From positions 1 through 40,359 of the IMG/VR virus record IMGVR_UViG_3300031176_000059: a DNA stretch of 40,359 bases, one strand, 5' to 3'. Each line of letters starts with the position of its first letter. Position 1 is the first letter of the stretch. This document shows positions 26,426 to 35,568 of this stretch, piece by piece. Source of the stretch: a virus (taxonomy: Duplodnaviria > Caudoviricetes). A model generated the notes under the pieces. It ran no database searches. It was given only the letters and a program-made list of their open reading frames with translations, and was not told the DNA's origin. The translations under genes and the position numbers were made by a program.

Positions 26426-26983
26426 ATGCTGGACCTGATCGAGGTCAAGCTTTGGTTGCGCCTGGAGCCATCCGACACAACCGAGGATGTCCTTCTCCAG
26501 ACGATCATTACTGCGGCAGAGGAATATCTGCGGAACGCGCTTATGTCCTGGATTGACCCTGCGAAAAACCCGCAGGCGAAGCTCCTCGCCATGGCGCTCA
26601 TCACCGACATGTACGAGAATCGTTCGGCGGTCATCGAGGACGCGCGAAGCGCAGCGCAGGCCAGCGGACTTCGGCCGACCATTCGGGCTCTGTTGGAACA
26701 GCTCAAATACGCGTATCCGCAGATCGAGCCACCGGATTTTCCGGACGTGGATGTCGGAGCAGCGGTCGAGCTTCAGCTGGTTGCTCGCGGCGGGTCGCGT
26801 CCCTACGAATGGTCGATTATCGATGGAGAGATGCCGGACGGTCTTGAACTTGATTCAGTGACTGGAATCATCGCGGGGACGCCGACGACGGCTGGCAGAA
26901 AGGTAGTCACGGTCGAAGTAAAGGATGCAGATGGGCGCACATCCAGCCGAACGGTAGCAATTACGGTGGTGGATTCGTCGTGA
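26426..26983 (+). CDS. Head-tail connector (gp6-like) with a C-terminal putative Ig (He_PIG-like) domain
   Basis: VKLWLRLE...AAEEY...DMYENR; then GGSRPYEWSI..GEMPDGLELD..TGIIAGTPT. Confidence 0.82.
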   Translation: MLDLIEVKLWLRLEPSDTTEDVLLQTIITAAEEYLRNALMSWIDPAKNPQAKLLAMALITDMYENRSAVIEDARSAAQASGLRPTIRALLEQLKYAYPQIEPPDFPDVDVGAAVELQLVARGGSRPYEWSIIDGEMPDGLELDSVTGIIAGTPTTAGRKVVTVEVKDADGRTSSRTVAITVVDSS

Positions 26984-27306
26984 AGATCGGCGATCTGAGG
27001 CACCGGGTGGAGATCGGCCGCTACACCTCCGGCAAAGATCAATTCGGCAACCCTCTGCCGAAACAGTGGCATCCTGTGGCCGCCGTCTGGGCCGCTGTGG
27101 AGGCTCTCACCGGGCGCCTTCGCTTCGAATCAATGCAGACGGCGGAGCAGTCCGACCATCGCGTGACGATCCGCTGGCGCCGCGGGATCGAGCCGGGGAT
27201 GATTGTTCACCACGACGGCCGTGAGTTCACTGTTCAAGCTGTTCTGGACCGGGATGGTCGCCGCCGCTGGCTGACGTTGCTCTGTAAGGAGGTGCGCCCG
27301 GCATGA
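26980..27306 (+). CDS. Head closure protein (SPP1 gp16-like)
   Basis: GDLRHRVEI, VWAAVE, TIRWR. Confidence 0.88.
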   Translation: MKIGDLRHRVEIGRYTSGKDQFGNPLPKQWHPVAAVWAAVEALTGRLRFESMQTAEQSDHRVTIRWRRGIEPGMIVHHDGREFTVQAVLDRDGRRRWLTLLCKEVRPA

Positions 27307-27734
27307 GGATGAAGGTCCGAGTGAAAGGCATGGAGGAAATCAGCACGCACCTGAACATGATGCCGCGGGAAGTGTCGGGCGCGCATCTTCGGGGGGCGGC
27401 ACTGGAAGGCGCCGAGGTGATACGGGCTGAGGCCGAAAAGAACGCGCGGGAACGGAAGGTCACCGGGACGCTTGCCGGCGACATCCACGCCGAGATCGCG
27501 AAAGAGAGCGTCGGCAGCCGCGTGGTCGTCCAGATCGGCCCGGGCAAAAAAGGCTGGTACGGTCGCCTCGTGGAGATGGGGCACGCCATCGTGCGCGGTA
27601 CCCGGAAGGCAGACAGGAAGATCATCGGCCATGTTCCGCCGCATCCGTGGCTCCGGCCGGCGCTGGACGCGAAAAAGCATGAGGCTCAGGAAGTGATGAT
27701 CCGGGCCTTCCGCCGGAGGCTGAAGCTGAAATGA
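27303..27734 (+). CDS. HK97 gp10-like tail morphogenesis protein
   Basis: TGTLAGDI, WYGRLVEMG, PWLRPA. Confidence 0.88.
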   Translation: MRMKVRVKGMEEISTHLNMMPREVSGAHLRGAALEGAEVIRAEAEKNARERKVTGTLAGDIHAEIAKESVGSRVVVQIGPGKKGWYGRLVEMGHAIVRGTRKADRKIIGHVPPHPWLRPALDAKKHEAQEVMIRAFRRRLKLK

Positions 27735-28132
27735 ACGTCTCGCCCCGGGAAGCCGTATATGCGCACCTCATGTCCGACCCGAACATCACCGCACTGGTCG
27801 GCGACCGAATCTACCACCAAACGCCGGACTTGGACGCCGCGTATCCGCTGATCGTGCTCAACACCATCTCAAACGTAAACCGCCGGGACCTCTCGTCGGT
27901 TTTTGCGTGCGACACGCGGATCCAGATCACGATCATGGCCGACACGCTCAAAGAGGCGGAGACCATTTTAGCTACCGTTCGGGCCAGCCTGGATGGTTAC
28001 AACGGAATGATGGCCGGGCACCTACCGGTGCTCGCTTGCCTCGTGGACAACTTTTCGCCTGATTACCTCGAGGACGTGGGGCAGACGCATTACCACGTCG
28101 ACGTGATTATCACGCACAAAGGAGTGTTGTAA
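27731..28132 (+). CDS. Tail terminator (DUF3168-like)
   Basis: ALVGDRIY...YPLIV...RIQI; gene order. Confidence 0.8.
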   Translation: MNVSPREAVYAHLMSDPNITALVGDRIYHQTPDLDAAYPLIVLNTISNVNRRDLSSVFACDTRIQITIMADTLKEAETILATVRASLDGYNGMMAGHLPVLACLVDNFSPDYLEDVGQTHYHVDVIITHKGVL

Positions 28133-28133
28133 A

Positions 28134-28556
28134 ATGGCCGAAACGACCGGTCTGCGAACGAAATTTTACCGCAGCGAAGACGGTTCTACGTTTACGCAGA
28201 TTGCGCAGGTCGCCTCGATCACGCCGCCACAGCCGGAACGCGAGGTGGCCGAGGTCGACGAGCTCGATCCTCCCGGGGACGTTCGGAAGAAACTTCCGGG
28301 CATCATCGACCCGGGCGAAGTGACGGTGACGCTGAACTTCGATCCGACGAACACCGGACACCTGGCTCTCGAGCAGGATTTCCGGGATGGCCAGGCTCGA
28401 CAGTACCGCATCAAGCTGCCTAATGGTTGGGGCTGGACATTCCAGGGCATCGTGACCTCCTACGCGCCGCAAGAAATCGCCTCCGGCGACGTGGTGCAGG
28501 CGGAAGTCACGATCACGCTGTCCGGCGTGTATCAATTCGGGGAAATCACGGACTGA
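28134..28556 (+). CDS. Tail tube (major tail) protein
   Basis: GIIDPGEVTVTLNFDP...FQGIVTS...TITLSG. Confidence 0.85.
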   Translation: MAETTGLRTKFYRSEDGSTFTQIAQVASITPPQPEREVAEVDELDPPGDVRKKLPGIIDPGEVTVTLNFDPTNTGHLALEQDFRDGQARQYRIKLPNGWGWTFQGIVTSYAPQEIASGDVVQAEVTITLSGVYQFGEITD

Positions 28557-28573
28557 TGTGAGGAGGACAGAAC

Positions 28574-28936
28574 GTGAGCAAATTTCTGACTCGCGACGCA
28601 ATCCTGAAAGCTCAGGACCTGCCGACTGAAGAAGTCGAAGTCCCCGAATGGGGCGGTGTCGTCCGCGTCCGCGGTCTCACCGGCGCCGAGCGTGACGCAT
28701 TCGAACAGTCGATCGTTGAGCAACGCGGGAAAAACACTCGCATGAATCTTCGAAACATCCGGGCGAAGCTCGTGGCTCTGACGGTCGTGGACGAGGAAGG
28801 GAACCGGATCTTTACCGACGAAGACGCCGAAGCGCTCGGCAAGAAGTCGGCGGCCGCGCTCGATCGTGTTTTCGCAGTGGCGCAGCGGCTGTCCGGTCTT
28901 CGGCCTGAAGACGTCGAAGAGCTCGCGGGAAACTGA
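28574..28936 (+). CDS. Tail assembly chaperone G
   Basis: VPEWGGVVRVRGLT; ends ...GN* at slippery site GGGAAAC (28927-28933). Confidence 0.85.
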   Translation: MSKFLTRDAILKAQDLPTEEVEVPEWGGVVRVRGLTGAERDAFEQSIVEQRGKNTRMNLRNIRAKLVALTVVDEEGNRIFTDEDAEALGKKSAAALDRVFAVAQRLSGLRPEDVEELAGN

Positions 28937-29292
28937 GGGCGAACCCGGCCCGCCGGTTCTATTTTCGTCTCGCCCTTGCACTTGGGATGACCGTCCAGGA
29001 GTTGCTTTCCCGTGTCAGTAGCCGGGAGCTGGCGGAGTGGATGGCCTTCTATCAGCTCGAACCGTGGGGAACAGAGACGGAGGACTGGCGGGCCGGACTC
29101 ATCGCGTCGACAGTCGCGAATGCGAACCGTGACCAGAAGCGTCGCCGCAGGCCATACGAGCCGCAGGACTTCATGCCGAGGAGGGATGTTCGACCGAAGG
29201 AAACAGAGGAGCAACCCGTCGAGGACCAAATCGCAATCGTGGAAATGTGGGCAAGGATTCTTTCAGCAGCAAATCAAGAAGGCGGCCGGTGA
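28927..29292 (+). CDS. Tail assembly chaperone GT extension via programmed -1 frameshift
   Basis: -1 frame from GGGAAAC is open (KLRANPARRFYFRLALALGMTVQELL...ELAEWMAF) into ORF 28987-29292. Confidence 0.8.
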   Translation, partial: GKLRANPARRFYFRLALALGMTVQELLSRVSSRELAEWMAFYQLEPWGTETEDWRAGLIASTVANANRDQKRRRRPYEPQDFMPRRDVRPKETEEQPVEDQIAIVEMWARILSAANQEGGR

Positions 29293-29306
29293 TTCGGCCG
29301 CCTTTC
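29278..29306. terminator. Hairpin between the convergent chaperone and moron genes
   Basis: aaggcggccg-gtgatt-cggccgcctt. Confidence 0.6.
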
Positions 29307-29308
29307 AA

Positions 29309-29755
29309 TCATTTTTCTGTTTCGGCAGGTGCCGAGGTAACCGATACGCTTTTTGGGGCACGAAGCCCGAAATAGGCTAGGATCGCGAAGATGATTCCGA
29401 GGAAAAACCCAATCACTCCGGCCGCTCCGGTCAGGAGTGTTGTTCCGATAGCGCCGCCGATAGCAGCTCCCGCCTGCTCGGCTTCGTTCGCTGATGTATT
29501 GATCGCATCTGCTGTGGTGCTGGCGCCCATTACGAAGGCGCTGATCGGGAGCAGGAAGCAGAGGATACATAACACGAGCCAAACCCGTCCCCAGGCACGG
29601 CTCTTTCCCGTTCCTGCCCAATAACCGACTAGGAGCCAGCCGACAAACAGAGCCCATACCTGAGGGGACGCTGCGAACATGGAAACCACGAAGTAGAAAG
29701 CCAGTCCGCTGAGGAAACCGCCGACGATGGCCGGGAACCAGCGGATTTTCTTCAT
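29309..29755 (-). CDS. Multi-pass membrane protein moron (148 aa)
   Basis: ATG 29755 with RBS aaaggag; about 4 hydrophobic segments; opposite strand within the tail operon. Confidence 0.75.
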   Translation of the reverse strand: MKKIRWFPAIVGGFLSGLAFYFVVSMFAASPQVWALFVGWLLVGYWAGTGKSRAWGRVWLVLCILCFLLPISAFVMGASTTADAINTSANEAEQAGAAIGGAIGTTLLTGAAGVIGFFLGIIFAILAYFGLRAPKSVSVTSAPAETEK

Positions 29756-29791
29756 ACATATCCGCTCCTTTGCAAAATTTTCCGCAATTCG

Positions 29792-29820
29792 ATCATAACC
29801 GAGGTGGCTAGAAATGGCAA
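29792..29820 (-). promoter_or_regulatory. SigA promoter of the membrane moron, overlapping the tape measure RBS and start
   Basis: Minus strand TTGCCA-17 bp-TATGAT. Confidence 0.6.
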
Positions 29821-32800
29821 CGGTAGGCGCTTTCAATGTCGCCCTGATCGCTTCGACAGGGCGCTTTGTTTCGGCAATCAGCAAGGCCGACCGCCGGTGG
29901 AACAACTTCGCGAGGAACATCCAGCGCCAATCCCGGTCCATGCCAGAGGCGATCCGGAAAGTCACCCCGGTCGCCCTTACGATGGCGCGGGTGGTGACGC
30001 GGGCAACCGCAGTTGCTGGTGCAGCCCTGACCGGTATGGGAGCTGTCGGGGTGAAGATGGCGGCAAACTTTGAACAGAGCCAGATCGCCTTCACGACGCT
30101 TCTTGGATCGGCTGAAGAGGCGTCTCGTTTTTTGCGTGAACTCGAAATCCAAGCCCGCCGGACGCCATTCGGAATGGCTGAATTGCAACAGGCCTCCCGT
30201 CAGTTGCTCGCCTACGGCTTCACGGCTGATCGCGTGCTCGAAATGATCACGCCGATCGGCGACGCAGTTGCGGCGATGGGCGGCGGCTCGCAGATGTTTG
30301 AGTCCGTCATCCGAGCGCTCGGGCAGATTCGCGCAAAGGGAAAGCTCGCCTCGCAAGAAATGCTCCAGCTCACCGAGCAGGGTATTCCGGCGTGGGAATT
30401 TCTCGCCGAGGCGATCGGCGTGACCGTCCCGGAAGCGATGGAGAAGGTCTTGAAGGGGGCCGTCAGCTCGACAGTTGCGATAGACGCTGTGCTGCGCGGC
30501 ATGATCCGGAAATTCGGCGGCGCCATGGAGGCGCAGTCGAAAACCATGCTCGGGCAATGGGAGCAGCTGAAAGACGCCATGACCACCATCACCCGCGGCA
30601 TGGGTCAGGACATCATCCGGATTTTCGGCCTCGCATCGGCGATGGAAAAGCTGAACGCGGCGATTGGTCGATTCGCCGATCTCGTGAGCCGTGAAGGGTT
30701 CCTCGGCGCTCTTCGTCGCGCCTTCCCGCCGTGGGTGCAGCCGATCATCATCGGAATCGCCGGCGCGATCGGTGGCGCGCTCGTGCCGGTCATTGTCGGC
30801 ATGCTAATCCCGGCGCTGAAAAAACTGCGGATGAGCCTGGTTGCGACGATGCGGCCGTTGCTCCCATGGATGGTGATCGGGGCGGCTGTCGCGGCGACCG
30901 CGCTCCTGATCGCGAGGTACTGGAACCAACTCGGTGATATTGCGCGCCGGGTGTGGTCCGGGATCGCCGCGATCGTTCTCTATGCCGTTTCGCTCATTGT
31001 GCGCGGGACGGGGGCGATCATCGGCGCCATTTCTGTTTTCGTTCCGGCCCTCCGCGGTGTCTCCCAGGCTCTAACCGACATGGCGAACCGCCTGAAGTCC
31101 ATGGCTGCGCAGTCCATGGCGGCCGCAAAGACGTCCGCCTCCGGAAGCACGGCTGTCGCTCAGTCTGCGCAGCAGGTGGCGACTACGGCGCAGAAGGCCG
31201 CGGAGGCACAGCAGGGGCTTGGGGAATCGGTAGAAGAGGCTGCGAAAGCGGCTCAGAGCAATTTGCAATCTTTCGACGAAGTGCATTCGATACAGGAAGA
31301 GATGGCCGATTCTCCCGCAACACTGGAGCTCGCTGACCTTGAGATCGGGGATCTGCCTGGCGTGGCCGGTCTCGGGAACGCATTCGCGGATCTGGCGGAC
31401 GAAGTGGATTCGGGAACCGGGCGGATCGCTCAGGCGTGGCAGAATACGGTGGATGCAATTTCTGGTGCATGGGAGCGTCTAAAGGCGGGAGCTTTATCCA
31501 CGTTTCCGTGGCTCTCGAATGTAGTCGACGGTTTCGCTAGGGCCGCGGACTGGGTGCGCAGCAACTGGTCGACCGTCGGTCCGGTCATGGAAACCGTCGC
31601 CGGCGTGCTGGCTGTGGTCGGCCTGGCCATTTTGGCCATCACAAGCCCGATCGGGGCGGTTGTGGCCGCCGCGACAATCCTCGTTACTATCGCGACACTC
31701 ATCATCGCCAACTGGGATGAGGTTGGAGCGTTTCTGAAGAATCTCTGGGAAAGGATTAAACCCTTCCTCATCTCGATCTGGGAAGTAATTAAGGATGCAG
31801 CCATTACCATTTGGGATGGCCTTGTTGCGACGGGGAAGGCAATTTGGAACGGATTGAAAACGTTCTGGGCTAACTGGGGTGACACCATTCTCGCTCTGCT
31901 CGGTGGTGTGTGGCGGCAGATCGGCATCATCATTGAGACTGCGATCAACTTGGTGAAGAACATCATCGGCCTTGTCTTGGCGCTGATTCGCGGCGACTGG
32001 GAAGCCGCATGGAACCATGTGAAGGCCATCGGACAGACGGTCTGGAACTTCCTCGTTGCGACTTGGGAGAATATCCGGGCCACGGCCGTAGCTGTGTGGC
32101 AGTCGATTAAGGATAATATTCAAGCTGCATGGACGTGGATCCAAAATGTCACGAAAGCCATCTGGAACGCGATTGTTGGATGGCTCACAGGACTTTGGGA
32201 AGGAATCAGGTCCGCTGTATCAAACACTTGGCAAAATTTTCGGGATACGATTTCAGAAAGGTGGAGCAACATCAAAACGAACACCGAAACAATTTGGAGC
32301 AAAACGAAACAATGGCTGAGTAATACATGGGACGCAATATCCTCAACTGCCTCCACCACATGGGGGTGGATCCGGGACAGAATTTCAGCACAGGCAAAAG
32401 AGAATACCGCCCAAATCGAGGCGAGCTGGAATAAGCTATCCGATATATTGTCGCGGATCTGGGAGCGCATTCGAGACCTGGCCGGTCAAATCTGGGATGG
32501 AATTGTGAGTCGGATCAAATCGGCAGTAAATGTCATTATTGGTGCCATCAACAAGTTTATCGACGGCCTGAATTCTCTCAAAATTACCGTACCAGAGATT
32601 AACATTCCGTTCGTTGGGACGGTTGGAGGTTTTACGATTGGTTTGCCTCCGATCCCGAAAATCCCGATGCTGGCGAGGGGCGCTCAGGTATTCGGGCCTA
32701 CGCTCGCCATGATCGGCGAGGGCTCACGCCCCGAGGCAGTTGTCCCGTTGCCGCCGGGCGTCCGGGACCTCGGGGACATGGTCCCGAGCGAAGAATCGCT

Positions 32801-32993
32801 GGCCCGAGCGATCTATCAGGCATTCGTGACAGCGTTGCGCGTCACGCAATCGTCCGGAGCGCAGTCCGGTGCGGATCGTGAGATCGTGCTCAAGGTAGGG
32901 ACACGCGAGTTTGCGCGCGCTATTCTGCCCGAGATCATCGCAGAAGGTCAGCGGCAGGGTCTTCAACTCGTCGTCCGGCCGCAAGGGATGTGA
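29814..32993 (+). CDS. Tape measure protein
   Basis: 1059 aa, Ala-rich, TPF...RALGQI tape measure domain, periodic Trp repeats, IPKIPMLARG C-terminus. Confidence 0.93.
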   Translation: MATVGAFNVALIASTGRFVSAISKADRRWNNFARNIQRQSRSMPEAIRKVTPVALTMARVVTRATAVAGAALTGMGAVGVKMAANFEQSQIAFTTLLGSAEEASRFLRELEIQARRTPFGMAELQQASRQLLAYGFTADRVLEMITPIGDAVAAMGGGSQMFESVIRALGQIRAKGKLASQEMLQLTEQGIPAWEFLAEAIGVTVPEAMEKVLKGAVSSTVAIDAVLRGMIRKFGGAMEAQSKTMLGQWEQLKDAMTTITRGMGQDIIRIFGLASAMEKLNAAIGRFADLVSREGFLGALRRAFPPWVQPIIIGIAGAIGGALVPVIVGMLIPALKKLRMSLVATMRPLLPWMVIGAAVAATALLIARYWNQLGDIARRVWSGIAAIVLYAVSLIVRGTGAIIGAISVFVPALRGVSQALTDMANRLKSMAAQSMAAAKTSASGSTAVAQSAQQVATTAQKAAEAQQGLGESVEEAAKAAQSNLQSFDEVHSIQEEMADSPATLELADLEIGDLPGVAGLGNAFADLADEVDSGTGRIAQAWQNTVDAISGAWERLKAGALSTFPWLSNVVDGFARAADWVRSNWSTVGPVMETVAGVLAVVGLAILAITSPIGAVVAAATILVTIATLIIANWDEVGAFLKNLWERIKPFLISIWEVIKDAAITIWDGLVATGKAIWNGLKTFWANWGDTILALLGGVWRQIGIIIETAINLVKNIIGLVLALIRGDWEAAWNHVKAIGQTVWNFLVATWENIRATAVAVWQSIKDNIQAAWTWIQNVTKAIWNAIVGWLTGLWEGIRSAVSNTWQNFRDTISERWSNIKTNTETIWSKTKQWLSNTWDAISSTASTTWGWIRDRISAQAKENTAQIEASWNKLSDILSRIWERIRDLAGQIWDGIVSRIKSAVNVIIGAINKFIDGLNSLKITVPEINIPFVGTVGGFTIGLPPIPKIPMLARGAQVFGPTLAMIGEGSRPEAVVPLPPGVRDLGDMVPSEESLARAIYQAFVTALRVTQSSGAQSGADREIVLKVGTREFARAILPEIIAEGQRQGLQLVVRPQGM

Positions 32994-32999
32994 TGAAGT

Positions 33000-33353
33000 A
33001 TGGCAATCATCAAAATTGCAGGTGTTCAAGTGGCGCGCCCCGCCGAGGTTAAGGTGGGGCGCTTTGACATTACGAAGGCTTCCCGGACGGCATCTGGCCG
33101 CATGGTGATGGAGGTTATCCGCCCGGGCGTCCGGCGGGTGGATGTTGTCTGGAGTTATCTGCCTGACACTGACCTGCAGACAATTCTCGACTTGCTGGCA
33201 GCGAACAAGCCTTTTTTCAGCTTCGAGTACCCGGATGCTGGCGGCCAGAAGACGATGACGTGCTACGTCGGCGACATTACGACGTCGCTCTGGCATACGC
33301 GAGGCGGCGTTCGGTACTGGGACGAGGTTTCGATCCCGTTCATTGAGCAGTGA
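33000..33353 (+). CDS. Distal-tail-like protein (DUF6711-like)
   Basis: SRTASGRM...CYVGD...FIEQ; follows the tape measure gene. Confidence 0.7.
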   Translation: MAIIKIAGVQVARPAEVKVGRFDITKASRTASGRMVMEVIRPGVRRVDVVWSYLPDTDLQTILDLLAANKPFFSFEYPDAGGQKTMTCYVGDITTSLWHTRGGVRYWDEVSIPFIEQ

Positions 33354-33367
33354 CAGGAGGGAGGACC

Positions 33368-33709
33368 ATGGCACGAGTGAGCATTCCGAGGCAGCAAGTA
33401 TCCGATGCCGGGCTGATTCCGGCCTATTCGCCGGCGGCCGAAGACGGGCACAGCGTTGAGAATTCGACGGGAAAGATCGTGCTTCACATTTGCAACACGA
33501 ACGAGGAGGAGGTCACGGTCACGATCCGCTCCGGATACACCGTGGGTGGTTTGAAACTTCAGGACCGGCAGGTGGTCGTTCCGCCGGCCGCATGCGTCTT
33601 CATCGGCCCGCTCGATCCGCAGGTGTACAACCAACCCGGCACTTCGCAGGTCTGGATCGATTATTCTCGGGCCGAGAGCGTGGACGTGGCAGCGCTTCTC
33701 ATCACGTGA
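33368..33709 (+). CDS. Hypothetical beta-rich virion protein
   Basis: RBS ggagg; in the tail module. Confidence 0.65.
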   Translation: MARVSIPRQQVSDAGLIPAYSPAAEDGHSVENSTGKIVLHICNTNEEEVTVTIRSGYTVGGLKLQDRQVVVPPAACVFIGPLDPQVYNQPGTSQVWIDYSRAESVDVAALLIT

Positions 33710-33710
33710 G

Positions 33711-35567
33711 GTGATTGACGTGTATCCCGTGACACAGGGTTTCATGGAGCGGATGCGGGCGGACAAGCGTCAGGTCGACGTCCGCGTGACCATCGACTAC
33801 ACGAACTGGGAGATCGATCAGAGCATCCAGATAGATGCCTCCGAACAGACCAATGTCAGCTATCCACGGCAGGTGGCCGACGGGGTGCTGGAAACGACTC
33901 ATAAATGGGCTTCGCTCGACGGTTCGTGGACGCTCGATGGATCCTACCATCTTGCCCCGGAGCCGGAGGACCTGAGCCGCTACCAGTTCGGCTGGTGGGG
34001 CCAGCAACTGGCCGGGGTGGACGGCGCCTTCGCCGCGCCGTATCCGCGCCTGATTATTACGCATCTTCCCCGGCCGATTCATTTTCTCCGGGTCGTCGGC
34101 AACACGGCGCGGGAAGAATGGCCTGTAGACTTCCGGGTCGATCTGTACGCGGAAAACGGGACGTTACTCCGCTCCGAAGTGGTCACGGGAAATAGCTCTG
34201 TGGACTGGCTGCTGGTTCTTCCGGTGCCGGTTCTGGACGTCGCCCGGCAGGAGCTGACCATCACCCGCTGGAGTCATCCCGGACGGCAGGCGAAGATCAT
34301 TGAGTTTTTCACATCGATCCAGGAGACCTATTACCGCGGCGACGTGGTCGAGGTGCGGATGATCGAGGAACGCGAGGTATCGCAGGGCAGTCTTCCGGTC
34401 GGAAACATCAGTGCGAATGAAATCAGCATCCGACTGGCAAACGAAGGCGGAAAATTCGACGTGACGAACGACCAGTCTCCGCTTTGGCGCCTGCTCAAAC
34501 CGAACCGCCGCATCCGGGTTTGGCTCGGCTCCGAAGACGAATGGGTGCCGCTCGGCACATTCTGGTCGCTGGACTGGGACAGCCCGGACGACGCGCTGGA
34601 GGCGATCGTGACGGCGCGGGATCGGCTCGAATTGCTTCGGAAAATCACGTATCAGTCCAGTGCGATCCAGCAGAATGTGAGCCTCTACACACTGGCCGAA
34701 CAGGTACTGGTGGATGCCGGGCTAAAGTCGGGCGAATACGCCATCGACCCGGCACTCCAGTCCATCATCATCCCGTGGGCGTGGCTCTCGCCCACGTCGC
34801 ACCGAGAGGCGTTGCGGATCATCGCTGAGGCCGGGCTGGCCGTCGTGTACGCAGACCGTGACGGCGTGATTCGGGTCGAGAGCATATCCAGCGTCCCCCC
34901 CACTCCGGTCGCGGAGATCACGGCTGACGACTATTTCCCGCCGCTCTCCGCCCCGTCGAGACAGGACCAAGTGGCGAATGAGGTCGTCGTGACGACTCAG
35001 CCGCTTCGTCCGGCCGACGCTCCACAGGAAGTCTACCGGTCCATGACGCCGATAAATGTGCCGGCCGGGCAGACTGTCGTCGTGACGGTGCAGTACATGC
35101 AGACGCCGGTGATCAACGCAGCGGCCTCGCTGATTAGCCCGCCGACGGGCGTGAGCATCACTGAGGTGACGTATTACGCCTGGGGAGCAGAGGTCTCCAT
35201 CCGGAACACGTCTAGCGCACCGGCAGACGTGACGCTCGTCGTCACCGGCAAACCCCTCAGCGTGCAGGGCGGGGAGCAGGTCATCGCCCGGGATCAGACC
35301 AGCATCATCGAAAATGGCGTCCTCCGGTACGAATACCCGGCCAACCCGCTCGTGCAGACGCTCGTGCAGGCGCAGGCAATTGCGACGGCACTACTGACCG
35401 GTGCCAAAGACCCGCGCCGCGACATCGAAGTCGAATGGCGCGGGAATCCGGCTGTAGAGCTTGGGGACAAGGTGAAAGTAGTTGGACAGGATGTGCACGT
35501 CATCAGGCAGGAAATCACGTGGGCAGGAGCGATGACAGCCAGACTCACAGGCAGGAGGGTGACATGA
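33711..35567 (+). CDS. Baseplate hub / minor tail protein
   Basis: 618 aa; VPLGTFW, ARDRL, WRGNPAVELGD tail-tip motifs. Confidence 0.75.
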   Translation: MIDVYPVTQGFMERMRADKRQVDVRVTIDYTNWEIDQSIQIDASEQTNVSYPRQVADGVLETTHKWASLDGSWTLDGSYHLAPEPEDLSRYQFGWWGQQLAGVDGAFAAPYPRLIITHLPRPIHFLRVVGNTAREEWPVDFRVDLYAENGTLLRSEVVTGNSSVDWLLVLPVPVLDVARQELTITRWSHPGRQAKIIEFFTSIQETYYRGDVVEVRMIEEREVSQGSLPVGNISANEISIRLANEGGKFDVTNDQSPLWRLLKPNRRIRVWLGSEDEWVPLGTFWSLDWDSPDDALEAIVTARDRLELLRKITYQSSAIQQNVSLYTLAEQVLVDAGLKSGEYAIDPALQSIIIPWAWLSPTSHREALRIIAEAGLAVVYADRDGVIRVESISSVPPTPVAEITADDYFPPLSAPSRQDQVANEVVVTTQPLRPADAPQEVYRSMTPINVPAGQTVVVTVQYMQTPVINAAASLISPPTGVSITEVTYYAWGAEVSIRNTSSAPADVTLVVTGKPLSVQGGEQVIARDQTSIIENGVLRYEYPANPLVQTLVQAQAIATALLTGAKDPRRDIEVEWRGNPAVELGDKVKVVGQDVHVIRQEITWAGAMTARLTGRRVT

Positions 35568-35568
35568 C

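Noticed and set aside
31430-32520. Trp-periodic repeats in the tape measure gene as a novel repeat element
   Set aside because: Ordinary amphipathic repeats of tape measure proteins.
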